DNA from: a virus
Virus record (IMG/VR): IMGVR_UViG_3300002835_000030
Location: 32,001 to 96,000 of that record
Strand: one strand, 5' to 3'
DNA: 64,000 nt
Position numbers and translations under genes: made by a program
In this document: positions 1 to 9,036 of the stretch, in pieces
Numbering within the stretch: the first letter of the stretch is position 1
Layout: the number at the start of each line of letters is the position of its first letter
Notes under the pieces: model-generated
Told to the model about the DNA's origin: nothing
What the model saw: the letters and a program-made list of their open reading frames with translations, nothing else
Database searches by the model: none

Positions 1-8
1 CCATGATA

Positions 9-16
9 CAAAGATA
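9..16 (-). promoter_or_regulatory. Bacteroidota-type -7 promoter box (TATCTTTG) ahead of an ATG at position 4 of a gene running off the window
   Basis: Minus strand reads TATCTTTG-tatc-ATGG, matching the TAnnTTTG consensus. Confidence 0.5.
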
Positions 17-105
17 GTGATAAATAAATAAATAATAAATGCTAATATTAAATATTTGACACTTTATGGTTTTATTAGTATATTTATATGTATAAACATA
101 ATCAT

Positions 106-369
106 ATGGAGTGGAAACAGAATGAAATAATTTTTTTAAAAGATAATTACCATATATTGGGTCGAGCCGAATGTCAATGTGATTCTATTGTGTTGCCCTA
201 CATGTCGCTCGAATAGGCAAACCGAATGCGACAGGCTATTAAAAAAGTTATTGTTAATGATAAAATATTTGATAGCGCTAAAGAAGCATCTTTATTTTTT
301 AATTTATCTATTAGTTGTGTCTATTATAGGTGTAAAAAGAAAATTAAAAATTGGTCTTGGTTTAATTAA
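106..369 (+). pseudogene. Decayed homing-endonuclease-like gene
   Basis: Frame from ATG 106 reads MEWKQNEIIFLKDNY..., in-frame TAG at 214-216, then KKVIVNDKIFDSAKEASLFFNLSISCVYYRCK (NUMOD1/IENR1-like HTH) to TAA 367-369. A CPTC remnant lies in another frame, no nuclease domain remains, and ATATTTAT sits at 80-87. Confidence 0.55.
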
Positions 370-943
370 TACCTGTAGAACCATAACCACCATCCCCTCT
401 TTCTGTGTTTACATCTATTTCATCTACTTTTGAGAAGTTCACAATATTCTTAGATATAACGTTAGAAATAACACCTTGCGCTATTCTATCACCATTATTA
501 ATTATAAAATCATTATCACTATGATTTATTAATATAACACCTATCTCACCTCTATAATCTGAATCTATTGTTCCGGGAGAATTTAATACTGCTACACCAT
601 GTTTCGCAGAAAGACTACTACGTGATCTAACCTGTATTTCTAAATTCTCAGGAATTTCAAAATATAAACCAGTAGGTACTATTTTTATTGTATGTGGATT
701 CAATATCATTGGTGTATCTAAATAAGCTCTTAAGTCAAAACCAGAAGAACCAGAAGTAGCGTATTCAGGGTCAGGATTATTTGAATTATTCGTATATTTA
801 ATTTTTATTTTAAAATCAAAGTTTGTATCCGAAAAAGAAAAATTAGATTCGTCCATATTTTCAGTTTCATTAAAACTTTCTATTTGTTCCAATAAACTCT
901 TTAGTTCATTTAATTCATTAAGTTCTCTTTCAAAATCTTCCAT
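362..943 (-). CDS. dut: Trimeric dUTPase with acidic N-terminal extension
   Basis: Motifs SGFDL, RSRSSL, GTIDSDYRGEI, GDRIAQ, RGDGGYGSTG. Confidence 0.97.
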   Translation of the reverse strand: MEDFERELNELNELKSLLEQIESFNETENMDESNFSFSDTNFDFKIKIKYTNNSNNPDPEYATSGSSGFDLRAYLDTPMILNPHTIKIVPTGLYFEIPENLEIQVRSRSSLSAKHGVAVLNSPGTIDSDYRGEIGVILINHSDNDFIINNGDRIAQGVISNVISKNIVNFSKVDEIDVNTERGDGGYGSTGIN

Positions 944-1504
944 TTATTTCTTTTTACATTCAATTATTGCGAGTTCATTCGCCAATCTTAATATGGTTGA
1001 TAATGTACTCCCATACCATTTAGATTGTTTATCGTCATCAGTCTTATCATAATTAAGTATTGACTGATATTCTTCATCAGATAATTCAACACCATATCTT
1101 AATGAATAATATGCGGATCTTTCTCCCACTCTCATAGAAACTAAATCCTCATTAAAGTCATACATTTTACCTTGATTCTTTCTGTGCCACTCAGATTCAC
1201 AGAATTTATATAATTTGACTTTACCTAATTGGTGTAAGAAACAAACTTTAATTAACGATTTCTTATCTACCCTTTGTGATTCAGGTAAAATATCGTTTAA
1301 ATTAATTCCGTATTTAGTTACAGATAAAATATAATCTATTAACCCACCAGGAAAAGAGTTATACATACTTTCCATATTAGATGCCGGTGCACTATATAAA
1401 TCTTCACCCAAAAACTCTAATAAATTTTCAGGTAGGATATTATAGGTTTCATTAGTTTTATTAAACTTTTCCTTATTTTTTAATATTTTTTCTTTCAAAC
1501 TCAT
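944..1504 (-). CDS. HD-domain-like protein (YhaM-like), metal ligands degenerate
   Basis: APAS...FPGGL and LHQLGK match the APA..HH...GGL..H / LHD.GK pattern, with most His/Asp residues replaced. Confidence 0.55.
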   Translation of the reverse strand: MSLKEKILKNKEKFNKTNETYNILPENLLEFLGEDLYSAPASNMESMYNSFPGGLIDYILSVTKYGINLNDILPESQRVDKKSLIKVCFLHQLGKVKLYKFCESEWHRKNQGKMYDFNEDLVSMRVGERSAYYSLRYGVELSDEEYQSILNYDKTDDDKQSKWYGSTLSTILRLANELAIIECKKK

Positions 1505-1536
1505 GATTTAAATAGTTTATTATAATAATAAAAAAA

Positions 1537-2826
1537 TTATTTCGATAAGTCAACTTCTACTACTTTTTTTTCCTCTACCAATTTAATATATAAGTCTCTT
1601 CTTTTCTCACATACTGATCTCATATCATATGTTCCATTCACGGTATTGTATAAATTCTCACCTAATTTTGTGATTAGATCTGGATTAAGAATTAATCTCT
1701 TAAGATGTGAATACCACAATTTATGATTTTTAATTGTAGGTACTAATAAACCATTACCATCTTCATTAATATCACCACCTTTTCCATATGCGTTTTTAAT
1801 GTCTATTTGATAAGGACCGAAATCTTGTGCGATTATCGCCTTCTTATGGAATCCCGATTCAATAACTTTAAGTTGGGATTTGACTTTATTAAATGTACTT
1901 TCTTTAAGTGGGGCGAGAGATATATCAAATAAATTGTAATTTGACGCATAAGAAGTAATAGGTTTAGTCCACACTCTTCTATATGGCTCATTATGTACAT
2001 TCTCATATTCTTTATTTTCAAAAGACAATAAGAATTTTTTATAATCTTCACTTATTATATTATAATCATCAGTAAAAATCTTTTCGTATTGATACCATAC
2101 AGATTCTTTTGGTTTAATCGGTCTTTGTTTTTGTTCACCTGTTTTTGGATCTATCATGGTCATAGTACCTCTTAAATCATAACCACATAAAACAAATTGT
2201 ACTTTATCTAATAAATTATCTGACTTAAGTTTAGACATTAAACCTCTTAGTATTTCCAAATCCTTCATGTGTGAAGAACCTCCTAACCACCCAATTCGAA
2301 TTCTATCACTTTTCTCAGGGTTACTCTGATATTGTTTTTCTTCAGTATTAATTGCGTTTGGTAATACAAATACATTCTTATTTAATTTAGAAATCTCATC
2401 TGCAAATACTGAAGTTGTGGTTGTGACATTTCTAGATACTTTGATATTATTTGCAATCTTCTTATCTAAATCGTTTTGTTTGATGATTTGCCACGCTGGG
2501 TGATCTGGTCCAGGTGACCAATGATCATCAATGTCCATAACTGTTGCAACACCTAATTCATCACATCTTTCTAATAATTTTGGTAGATTGTCGTAATCAC
2601 CTAATGTTCTATGATAATGAATTAAATCATATTGTTTAAGATAGTTATCGTCATTTAATTGTGGTTCGTAATCAATATCCACATGAAACTCATTAGGGAA
2701 GTATTCCCCTAATTTAATATGTGGTATTGTAGATCTGTAATAAGAAACTCCTGTTCTGTCACTAGGTACTACCAATACCTTTATTTTGTGACTGACTGGG
2801 GTGATAATGTTTTTAATTTTATTCAT
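1537..2826 (-). CDS. Glycosyltransferase (GT-B fold, GT4-like)
   Basis: GVSYYR, MDIDDHW, VLPNAI, RIGWLG, FDISLAPL...FNKVKSQLKVIE motifs typical of phage GT-B enzymes. Confidence 0.85.
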   Translation of the reverse strand: MNKIKNIITPVSHKIKVLVVPSDRTGVSYYRSTIPHIKLGEYFPNEFHVDIDYEPQLNDDNYLKQYDLIHYHRTLGDYDNLPKLLERCDELGVATVMDIDDHWSPGPDHPAWQIIKQNDLDKKIANNIKVSRNVTTTTSVFADEISKLNKNVFVLPNAINTEEKQYQSNPEKSDRIRIGWLGGSSHMKDLEILRGLMSKLKSDNLLDKVQFVLCGYDLRGTMTMIDPKTGEQKQRPIKPKESVWYQYEKIFTDDYNIISEDYKKFLLSFENKEYENVHNEPYRRVWTKPITSYASNYNLFDISLAPLKESTFNKVKSQLKVIESGFHKKAIIAQDFGPYQIDIKNAYGKGGDINEDGNGLLVPTIKNHKLWYSHLKRLILNPDLITKLGENLYNTVNGTYDMRSVCEKRRDLYIKLVEEKKVVEVDLSK

Positions 2827-3007
2827 AATTTTTTATTATCTCAAATATTATAGAGTTATTTTTTTTGTAATCGGTTGCCCATATTACTTCACAATTATAA
2901 TCTTATTTTTTCACTAAGTAAAGTTTATAAAAAGAAAGAAGAATTTTCTAAATATATTAAATAACTAAAAATAACTCATTCGTCTATTTTTTTAAGAAAC
3001 ACCTAAA

Positions 3008-3033
3008 ATAAAAAAAACCCTCCGAAGAGGGTT
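3008..3033 (-). terminator. Rho-independent terminator of the 5778->3038 minus-strand operon
   Basis: Minus strand AACCCTC-TTCG-GAGGGTT followed by a T-run, with a C(UUCG)G tetraloop. Confidence 0.85.
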
Positions 3034-3037
3034 CTTT

Positions 3038-3589
3038 TTATTTTCTTTTTTTATTTGGTAGTGGTTTTAATGTTCCACCGAATATAGTATCACCTATTTT
3101 AATTTTAATGTCTTCAGTGACTAAAGATTTATCTAAATATTCTTCTACTACTGATCTTACAACATCTTCTATTTCTTCTCTAACAATTTGTCTAATATTA
3201 TCTACGTCAATATTCTTAGGTGTTGTTTGTGTCATAGGTTTTTGTGTGGGTACACTTTCATTTACTAATTCCACAACATCATCCAACTCAAATGTATGGT
3301 AAGGTGTTTCAGGTATATGTATTGGGTTGTCTATCATCGCTTGTTTTATAAAATCAGGCATTTTAGATTTTTCTAAATTCCTATATCTACCATTTTGTGG
3401 TGCAACACTATTAGTGGAAGTTTTTTTATTCTTATTAATATAGTTTTCTGTTAAATTAGGTATTTCTTTTTCTTGGCTAGAAAACATATTTGCCCCGCCA
3501 CTATTCATATTTGTGGAACCATGATTTTCTTCCGTCTTTTGCATTACCGCTTTAGACCTACTTAATATTTCTACTAATCTATTACTCAT
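3038..3589 (-). CDS. Hypothetical protein, possibly head-associated
   Basis: 183 aa ORF in a tightly packed operon; contains IRQIVREE, LTE, VNE and VTE motifs. Confidence 0.75.
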   Translation of the reverse strand: MSNRLVEILSRSKAVMQKTEENHGSTNMNSGGANMFSSQEKEIPNLTENYINKNKKTSTNSVAPQNGRYRNLEKSKMPDFIKQAMIDNPIHIPETPYHTFELDDVVELVNESVPTQKPMTQTTPKNIDVDNIRQIVREEIEDVVRSVVEEYLDKSLVTEDIKIKIGDTIFGGTLKPLPNKKRK

Positions 3590-3595
3590 AACTTT

Positions 3596-3964
3596 TTAAT
3601 CAAATTTAATTATATTATATATCTGTATCATATCTTTATCACCGTTAGGATTGAATAAAGGTTTTGGTTCATAAAATTGACCCCCTAATTTTCTTAAACC
3701 ATTCATCCTATCAACTCTAAACAATTTCCATCCTGGTTGTATTGTCTTAGTGTCACCACCTAACTGATAAACCCTTACCACATCATTACCCGCAGTAGAT
3801 TTACCATAACAATAGATTTGTACCCATCTTTTACCTTTACCACCAGGATCCTCACCATCGTCATAATAAACTTCTGCGATGCGTTTACCATTCATACAAT
3901 CCATAATTGTATTTCTTCCCGCAACTTCAAGTATAAGACTTTTCGCTAAGTTGTAAAGAGTCAT
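3596..3964 (-). CDS. Stand-alone WYL-like domain protein
   Basis: Y.D...GKRW...YG...GN.VVRVYQ..G...PGWKLFRVDRM resembles the WYL C-terminal R.FR.DRI motif. Confidence 0.6.
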   Translation of the reverse strand: MTLYNLAKSLILEVAGRNTIMDCMNGKRIAEVYYDDGEDPGGKGKRWVQIYCYGKSTAGNDVVRVYQLGGDTKTIQPGWKLFRVDRMNGLRKLGGQFYEPKPLFNPNGDKDMIQIYNIIKFD

Positions 3965-3975
3965 CTTTTATTTTA

Positions 3976-4332
3976 TTAGAATACGTTAGGTGTATCGTTA
4001 TTGTTATTGATATAGTTTAAGTAAGTTTTGTTCGGTCCGTAACCTTTAGGTCCTAAAGTAGTATCGTATTTTGCTTCATTACTAGCAATTAGTTGATTTC
4101 TACCACTACCAGGATAAATAGGATTACCTTTGATGTCGATTTCATTACCACCTTTGACTGTGTTTAACTGATCGCTATTACCACCAGTACCCCTACCTTT
4201 GTTGTCTCCATCAGATAATGCGTTAGGGTGTGTCTCACCATATTTTTTACCATCACTATTTAAATAAGTGTTTTTAATTACATTCTCAACTCTAAATTGA
4301 TCCCCTAATTCCGATAATTTTGTTTTGTTCAT
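3976..4332 (-). CDS. Hypothetical Gly/Asn-rich phage protein
   Basis: 118 aa ORF in operon; HPNALSDGDNKGRGTG. Confidence 0.7.
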   Translation of the reverse strand: MNKTKLSELGDQFRVENVIKNTYLNSDGKKYGETHPNALSDGDNKGRGTGGNSDQLNTVKGGNEIDIKGNPIYPGSGRNQLIASNEAKYDTTLGPKGYGPNKTYLNYINNNNDTPNVF

Positions 4333-4337
4333 AATTT

Positions 4338-4904
4338 TTATATTTTAGATTCGTATATTATTAAATTTTTAATTCTTTTAACCTCTTCTGTCATACCCAT
4401 TGGTTCGTATATTGGTTTACCTCTTTTAATTTGTCCCGATATATCTTTCGCCATATTAGGTATTGAAAAAGTAGATTTATTTCTAATACTATTATTATTA
4501 TCTTTTTCGTGATTTTTAATAAATTGATTAGTTAAACCAGTATCGTTTTTTATTTTCTTTGGTGCTTTTATCGCCTCCCTTTCTCTGTTTAAAGTACCAT
4601 CTATCCAATTGTGCATTGTCTTACCACCATGTAATTTATACTCAATATCGTTGTGATCACCGTCAAAGTTATCAAACCAACTTTTAATAGTTTTCATATG
4701 GTTATATTTTAAATTATTATCTTCTAAAATACTCTTCGCCCTTTTATAACCTTCAGTAGTATTATTAGATTTAATATTTTCTTTCTGTAAAGTTTCATAC
4801 GTCTTAACTGCGTTACGTATTTCGTTAAGGGCGTAATCAGGTACTCTCCAAGATTTACCTTTTAATTTACTATTACCACCTTTATTCTCCTTTCTCTTCG
4901 CCAT
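4338..4904 (-). CDS. Hypothetical basic protein
   Basis: 188 aa ORF; C-terminal MTEEVKRIKNLI matches the leader motif seen in other ORFs. Confidence 0.7.
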   Translation of the reverse strand: MAKRKENKGGNSKLKGKSWRVPDYALNEIRNAVKTYETLQKENIKSNNTTEGYKRAKSILEDNNLKYNHMKTIKSWFDNFDGDHNDIEYKLHGGKTMHNWIDGTLNREREAIKAPKKIKNDTGLTNQFIKNHEKDNNNSIRNKSTFSIPNMAKDISGQIKRGKPIYEPMGMTEEVKRIKNLIIYESKI

Positions 4905-5778
4905 ATTTCAATTTGTCCCCGATAAGTTCTCTATATCTCTCATCCATACTATAAATATCTACATTACTAATAAGGTGATTTAAAACTATAGATAATTCAT
5001 CACCTTTTAAATTTTCTTTCTTAATTAAATCTAAAAGACTATTTAATTTACGAATAACCATAGGTTTTTCATGTACATCTTTTAATTCAGACACATCGGG
5101 TATTCTAATCTCATCACCCACAATATCTTGTTCTCTCATTTTTTTTACAAAATCATTAGAAGAATTTTTTTTTCTCAACATAATTTCATCCACCAAAGAC
5201 TTCATATTTTCCTCACCCTCAAATAAATCAAAATCAAATTTTGTGTCATAATCTAAAGAATGTCCTCTCCACTTATCTACAGGTAAATCATCATATATTG
5301 GATCGGCGGGTTTATTATACTGTGATCTAATATCTCTATCCGATAACTTTCTAGAGTCTCTTATTTTTTTATCTTCAATATCTCTACCATATTTTTTTGT
5401 TGGTACTACATTTAATTCGTCATAGTAATCATTTTCTTCATTATCTAAATCTACGATATCACCATCAAAAACTTCAAACTCATTATAATTATCATCTTCG
5501 TCACCATAAACATCTAAATCAAACATATCATCCTCTTCATTAACCACATAAGAGTAATTTACCCCGTAATAAGGTCCTCCATATATAAAATATGCTTCAG
5601 GTCCTTGTGTAGAATTTCGTACAAAGTCATCTGAAGTTTTTTTAGATTTGATATGGTTTCTATTTTGTACATAATTATTAGTCGCACTTATCATTGAACC
5701 ATTTTTATTGACTAATTCTTGAATACTATTAGATTTCATATATTTACTAATATCAGATTTCTTAAAAGTTTTTTTCAT
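4882..5778 (-). CDS. Hypothetical protein with acidic core
   Basis: 298 aa ORF, first in the operon, with ATATTTAT upstream on the minus strand (5796-5803). Confidence 0.75.
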   Translation of the reverse strand: MKKTFKKSDISKYMKSNSIQELVNKNGSMISATNNYVQNRNHIKSKKTSDDFVRNSTQGPEAYFIYGGPYYGVNYSYVVNEEDDMFDLDVYGDEDDNYNEFEVFDGDIVDLDNEENDYYDELNVVPTKKYGRDIEDKKIRDSRKLSDRDIRSQYNKPADPIYDDLPVDKWRGHSLDYDTKFDFDLFEGEENMKSLVDEIMLRKKNSSNDFVKKMREQDIVGDEIRIPDVSELKDVHEKPMVIRKLNSLLDLIKKENLKGDELSIVLNHLISNVDIYSMDERYRELIGDKLKYGEEKGE

Positions 5779-5795
5779 AATAAAAGTTTTATTAT

Positions 5796-5824
5796 ATAAA
5801 TATAACAGAAATCTAAATATTTAT
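5796..5824. promoter_or_regulatory. Back-to-back putative late promoters (ATATTTAT on each strand)
   Basis: ATAAATAT at 5796-5803 and ATATTTAT at 5817-5824 lie between divergent genes, each oriented toward its gene. Confidence 0.55.
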
Positions 5825-5838
5825 TTTAAAATGGAGAT

Positions 5839-6831
5839 ATGTCAATAAATAAATTTACTACATTACAAGATTTAGCAAGACAGGCAAAAATATTAAGTGG
5901 TGAAACTGCCACTTTTGATGGTAAGATTCAGGTTGGCGTCCCATTCAGTGGGTATCCGACAGGTGTAGACACAGGAACAACAGTGTCTTTAGGTATTGTT
6001 TCTTCTGAAAATGCGGTATTTAGCGGTAATGTACTAACATCTATTTTTGATGTGTCTAACACTGGTTCAACAAACTATAGCCCCATATTTAGTGGATATT
6101 CTGGAAGTGTATGGACAAATACATTGTTTAGTGGTAACACATCAGGTTTAACATTACCTATCACACCATTAAGTGCGGATACACAAATAGTTGGACCTTT
6201 TTGGTATTTAACCCAAACAGGAATGACGGGAGATTATGTTATCGGTACTCAATACACGGGATATAGTGTTACATATTCATTTTTTAATGTTACCCAAATA
6301 GGTACAGGATTAACATACTCAGGTTTTACATCCGCATCTCAAGAAAACTTTTCTGCCGGTACGTTAGATTATAAAGGTCCTTTAGATTACATTTCCTCAA
6401 AAGAAGATGCATCGGTAGAGGGAAGATTAACTACAAATAATATAACTATTAGTAATGGGGCATCCGCATCTACGATAGGGTATGTTTTGACACAAACTAA
6501 TGAAAATGGGGCAGGGGAATGGTTACCCAATAGAAGAACTACTACAGTAAATGCCGTTACCAACCCGGTCGTTAATGATGTAGAGGTTGTGTTTTATGGT
6601 TCTTCTAGTTCAGGTGGGACAATAACCTTTAATAGTGATATGATTGTATCGGGTAAAGAAGTAATATTAATTAGGGTATCGACAACTAATGTCGCCGGTA
6701 TTGCGAGTGCAGGCGGGGCGTTGATAAACGGTAGCGTGAATCCAGTTGCCCTACCCACCTCACTTTATTCCACAGTGTCCTGTATAAGTGATGGTACTAA
6801 CTGGTACTGTAGTAGTGGAACAACAATTTAA
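5839..6831 (+). CDS. Putative tail fibre / virion structural protein
   Basis: Ser/Thr/Gly-rich; GYVLT...GAGEW fibre motif; C-terminal beta domain ending ISDGTNWY. Confidence 0.65.
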   Translation: MSINKFTTLQDLARQAKILSGETATFDGKIQVGVPFSGYPTGVDTGTTVSLGIVSSENAVFSGNVLTSIFDVSNTGSTNYSPIFSGYSGSVWTNTLFSGNTSGLTLPITPLSADTQIVGPFWYLTQTGMTGDYVIGTQYTGYSVTYSFFNVTQIGTGLTYSGFTSASQENFSAGTLDYKGPLDYISSKEDASVEGRLTTNNITISNGASASTIGYVLTQTNENGAGEWLPNRRTTTVNAVTNPVVNDVEVVFYGSSSSGGTITFNSDMIVSGKEVILIRVSTTNVAGIASAGGALINGSVNPVALPTSLYSTVSCISDGTNWYCSSGTTI

Positions 6832-6833
6832 AT

Positions 6834-8483
6834 ATGAGTAACATATACCAACATAATTTCGACAATTGTATGAAAATGAGATTAAGTAATAGTGATTACT
6901 GGGACTTATTTCTTTGTAACAATTGTACAGATGAACAAAATAATAATCAAATATTAGATGATTGTATATTAGTAGATATCGATATTAACAACGATAATTC
7001 TTTTTCCGGCAATACATTATATAGTTTAACAACATGGACAGGTGCAACAATTAATGGTAGTGGTATAACTTTAAATGATATTGGGTTAACTGGAATTGAT
7101 AATGGTTTTATTTTATATGATTGTACAGGATCAACAAGTGGACAAACTTTCTTATCTGCGTTCACAGGATCAACCTTATCGTTAACATCCGGAGATACAA
7201 GATTCTCTATGTCTAGAGTTACTGGATGTACTTATGAATACCCAATAGAAATATTATCAGGATTGACAGAAGGTAGATACGCTAATTTATGTGGTGGATT
7301 CTATCAAGGTTTCTTTAAGTTATCAGATAAAACATATTTCGAAGAAATAACAGATAATAAATTTACTTGGCCCTTAGAATGGTTTAATTGCCCACCTGTG
7401 TGTACAGGTGATACAACAGTACCATCGGGACAAACATGTGACTTAAACCCTAATTTGGCGTACCAATGTTATAATGATGGAAAACCTATTCCTTACAACT
7501 ACGAAATACTTCCTAAAAGATTAGGTGGTATGGGTGGTGAACTTAAAACGTGTTTAGATGGATGGACTGCCACATTTATGTTAAATAAAAGTTCTGAATC
7601 TTGTACGGGTAATACATTAAATAATTTGTACCCTAATAATAAAGGTTTCTTCTTTTATATGGGTACTAGATCAGAAAATAAGTTTTGGGATTTATTTAGT
7701 GGTGAAACAGGGTATACAACCTCATCAGGTTATCCTTTACCACCACCAAAAGTAACTACAACTGAATTAAATAATAACCCATTCTTAGTTTATCAACCCG
7801 CAGGATGTTGTTGTTTTACTGGGATAACAACAGAAACAACACAAGAAAAAGATCGGAATATAGATTTGTTAGATAACGCATTAGGATTTTTAATTAAAGA
7901 TGATGGTAGTATTGGTTTTAGGAGAGTAAATTTAACGAGTATATGTTCTGCAGTTACAGAAACTTATACCGTTGATTGTAACGAACAGTGTGGTTGTGGA
8001 TGTAGTAGTGAAGATGGAATAAAGACAGGTATTACTACAACCACAAAATATTTGACTGGTTTAACCATAAATGAATGTTACAGTGATATTAATTTAATTA
8101 ATGAAGATGAATGGACACATGTCACCATTAGATTTAAACCTTATGAATCATACGAAGATTGTAAATTAAATTTTATTCCTCAAAGGAAGGGAACATTAAC
8201 AGTTTATATAAATGGTTTTCTTAAATGGAAGTTAGATGATTTTGATGAATTTATTTTTAAAGAACTTGACGAACATAGAGAAAAACAACAGGGTGTACCG
8301 TTTAACTATAGTTTAGGTGGTGGTACACAAGGGTTGATAGAAAGTAATACGGTAAATGGTCCAGATGTGAAAGATAGAAGTTTGTTTTTAGAACAAAATT
8401 TTAGTGGTACCTTTGAGGGGGGTATTTCCACATTTAAACTTTATGGCTGTAGTTTAGATGTAACAACCATAAGAGATGAATAA
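6834..8483 (+). CDS. Cys-rich virion protein with C-terminal LamG/concanavalin-A-like domain
   Basis: WTHVTIRF...TLTVYING...LGGG...FEGGISTFKLY pattern; many SGxT/TGxT motifs. Confidence 0.6.
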   Translation: MSNIYQHNFDNCMKMRLSNSDYWDLFLCNNCTDEQNNNQILDDCILVDIDINNDNSFSGNTLYSLTTWTGATINGSGITLNDIGLTGIDNGFILYDCTGSTSGQTFLSAFTGSTLSLTSGDTRFSMSRVTGCTYEYPIEILSGLTEGRYANLCGGFYQGFFKLSDKTYFEEITDNKFTWPLEWFNCPPVCTGDTTVPSGQTCDLNPNLAYQCYNDGKPIPYNYEILPKRLGGMGGELKTCLDGWTATFMLNKSSESCTGNTLNNLYPNNKGFFFYMGTRSENKFWDLFSGETGYTTSSGYPLPPPKVTTTELNNNPFLVYQPAGCCCFTGITTETTQEKDRNIDLLDNALGFLIKDDGSIGFRRVNLTSICSAVTETYTVDCNEQCGCGCSSEDGIKTGITTTTKYLTGLTINECYSDINLINEDEWTHVTIRFKPYESYEDCKLNFIPQRKGTLTVYINGFLKWKLDDFDEFIFKELDEHREKQQGVPFNYSLGGGTQGLIESNTVNGPDVKDRSLFLEQNFSGTFEGGISTFKLYGCSLDVTTIRDE

Positions 8484-8614
8484 GCAACTTATATTTCTAG
8501 TTTTGGTTTGGATACTTATGAGCCACCTATTATTTTAGAGGAGGATATTCAACTAAATATTAAATAAGTCTGAGAAATATTTAATATTTTAATATATTTA
8601 TAAATAAAATACAC

Positions 8615-8983
8615 ATGGAATTTTTTATAAACAAAAATAGTACATTACCAAAACTAAAAATGGAATTAGTTAATGACGGTAGAAATGATTTTCGTAATTT
8701 TTATGAAAAAATACAAAATGCTACTATAACTTTTACTATGTATGATGTAGATACAAAAGTTAAAAGAATTGCATGTTCTGCATCGAATTTAGAAATGTTA
8801 ATTTCTAATAACTGTGAAAATACAGAAACACCAACATATATAATATCTTACCAATTTACAGAATTACAAACTAGTAGAGTAGGTAGATATAATGGTTATT
8901 TTACCATAACGTTTTTAGATGGGACAGGTACTCTAATTGCGCCGATTAGAGATGAACTTTATATTAATGTCCTAAATAATTGA
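8615..8983 (+). CDS. BppU-like baseplate/fibre adaptor domain protein
   Basis: FFINKNSTLP...ATITFTM...YQF...GRYNGYFTITF...LIAP...LYINV pattern; ATATTTAT at 8594-8601. Confidence 0.5.
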   Translation: MEFFINKNSTLPKLKMELVNDGRNDFRNFYEKIQNATITFTMYDVDTKVKRIACSASNLEMLISNNCENTETPTYIISYQFTELQTSRVGRYNGYFTITFLDGTGTLIAPIRDELYINVLNN

Positions 8984-9002
8984 TAAATCAAAATATTTTT
9001 TT

Positions 9003-9010
9003 TATATTTG
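9003..9010 (+). promoter_or_regulatory. Bacteroidota-type -7 box (TATATTTG) upstream of the DNA polymerase gene
   Basis: Exact TAnnTTTG match, with TTG at 8980-8982 upstream. Confidence 0.6.
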
Positions 9011-9036
9011 TATGCAAAATACAATAACAAAATAAT

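Noticed and set aside
179-433. 84-aa + strand ORF from the track
   Set aside because: Out-of-frame overlay on the endonuclease remnant that also overlaps dut; no credible start
2856-2882. 8-codon upstream ORF (MGNRLQKK) before the glycosyltransferase
   Set aside because: Too short to distinguish from chance; no attenuator structure seen
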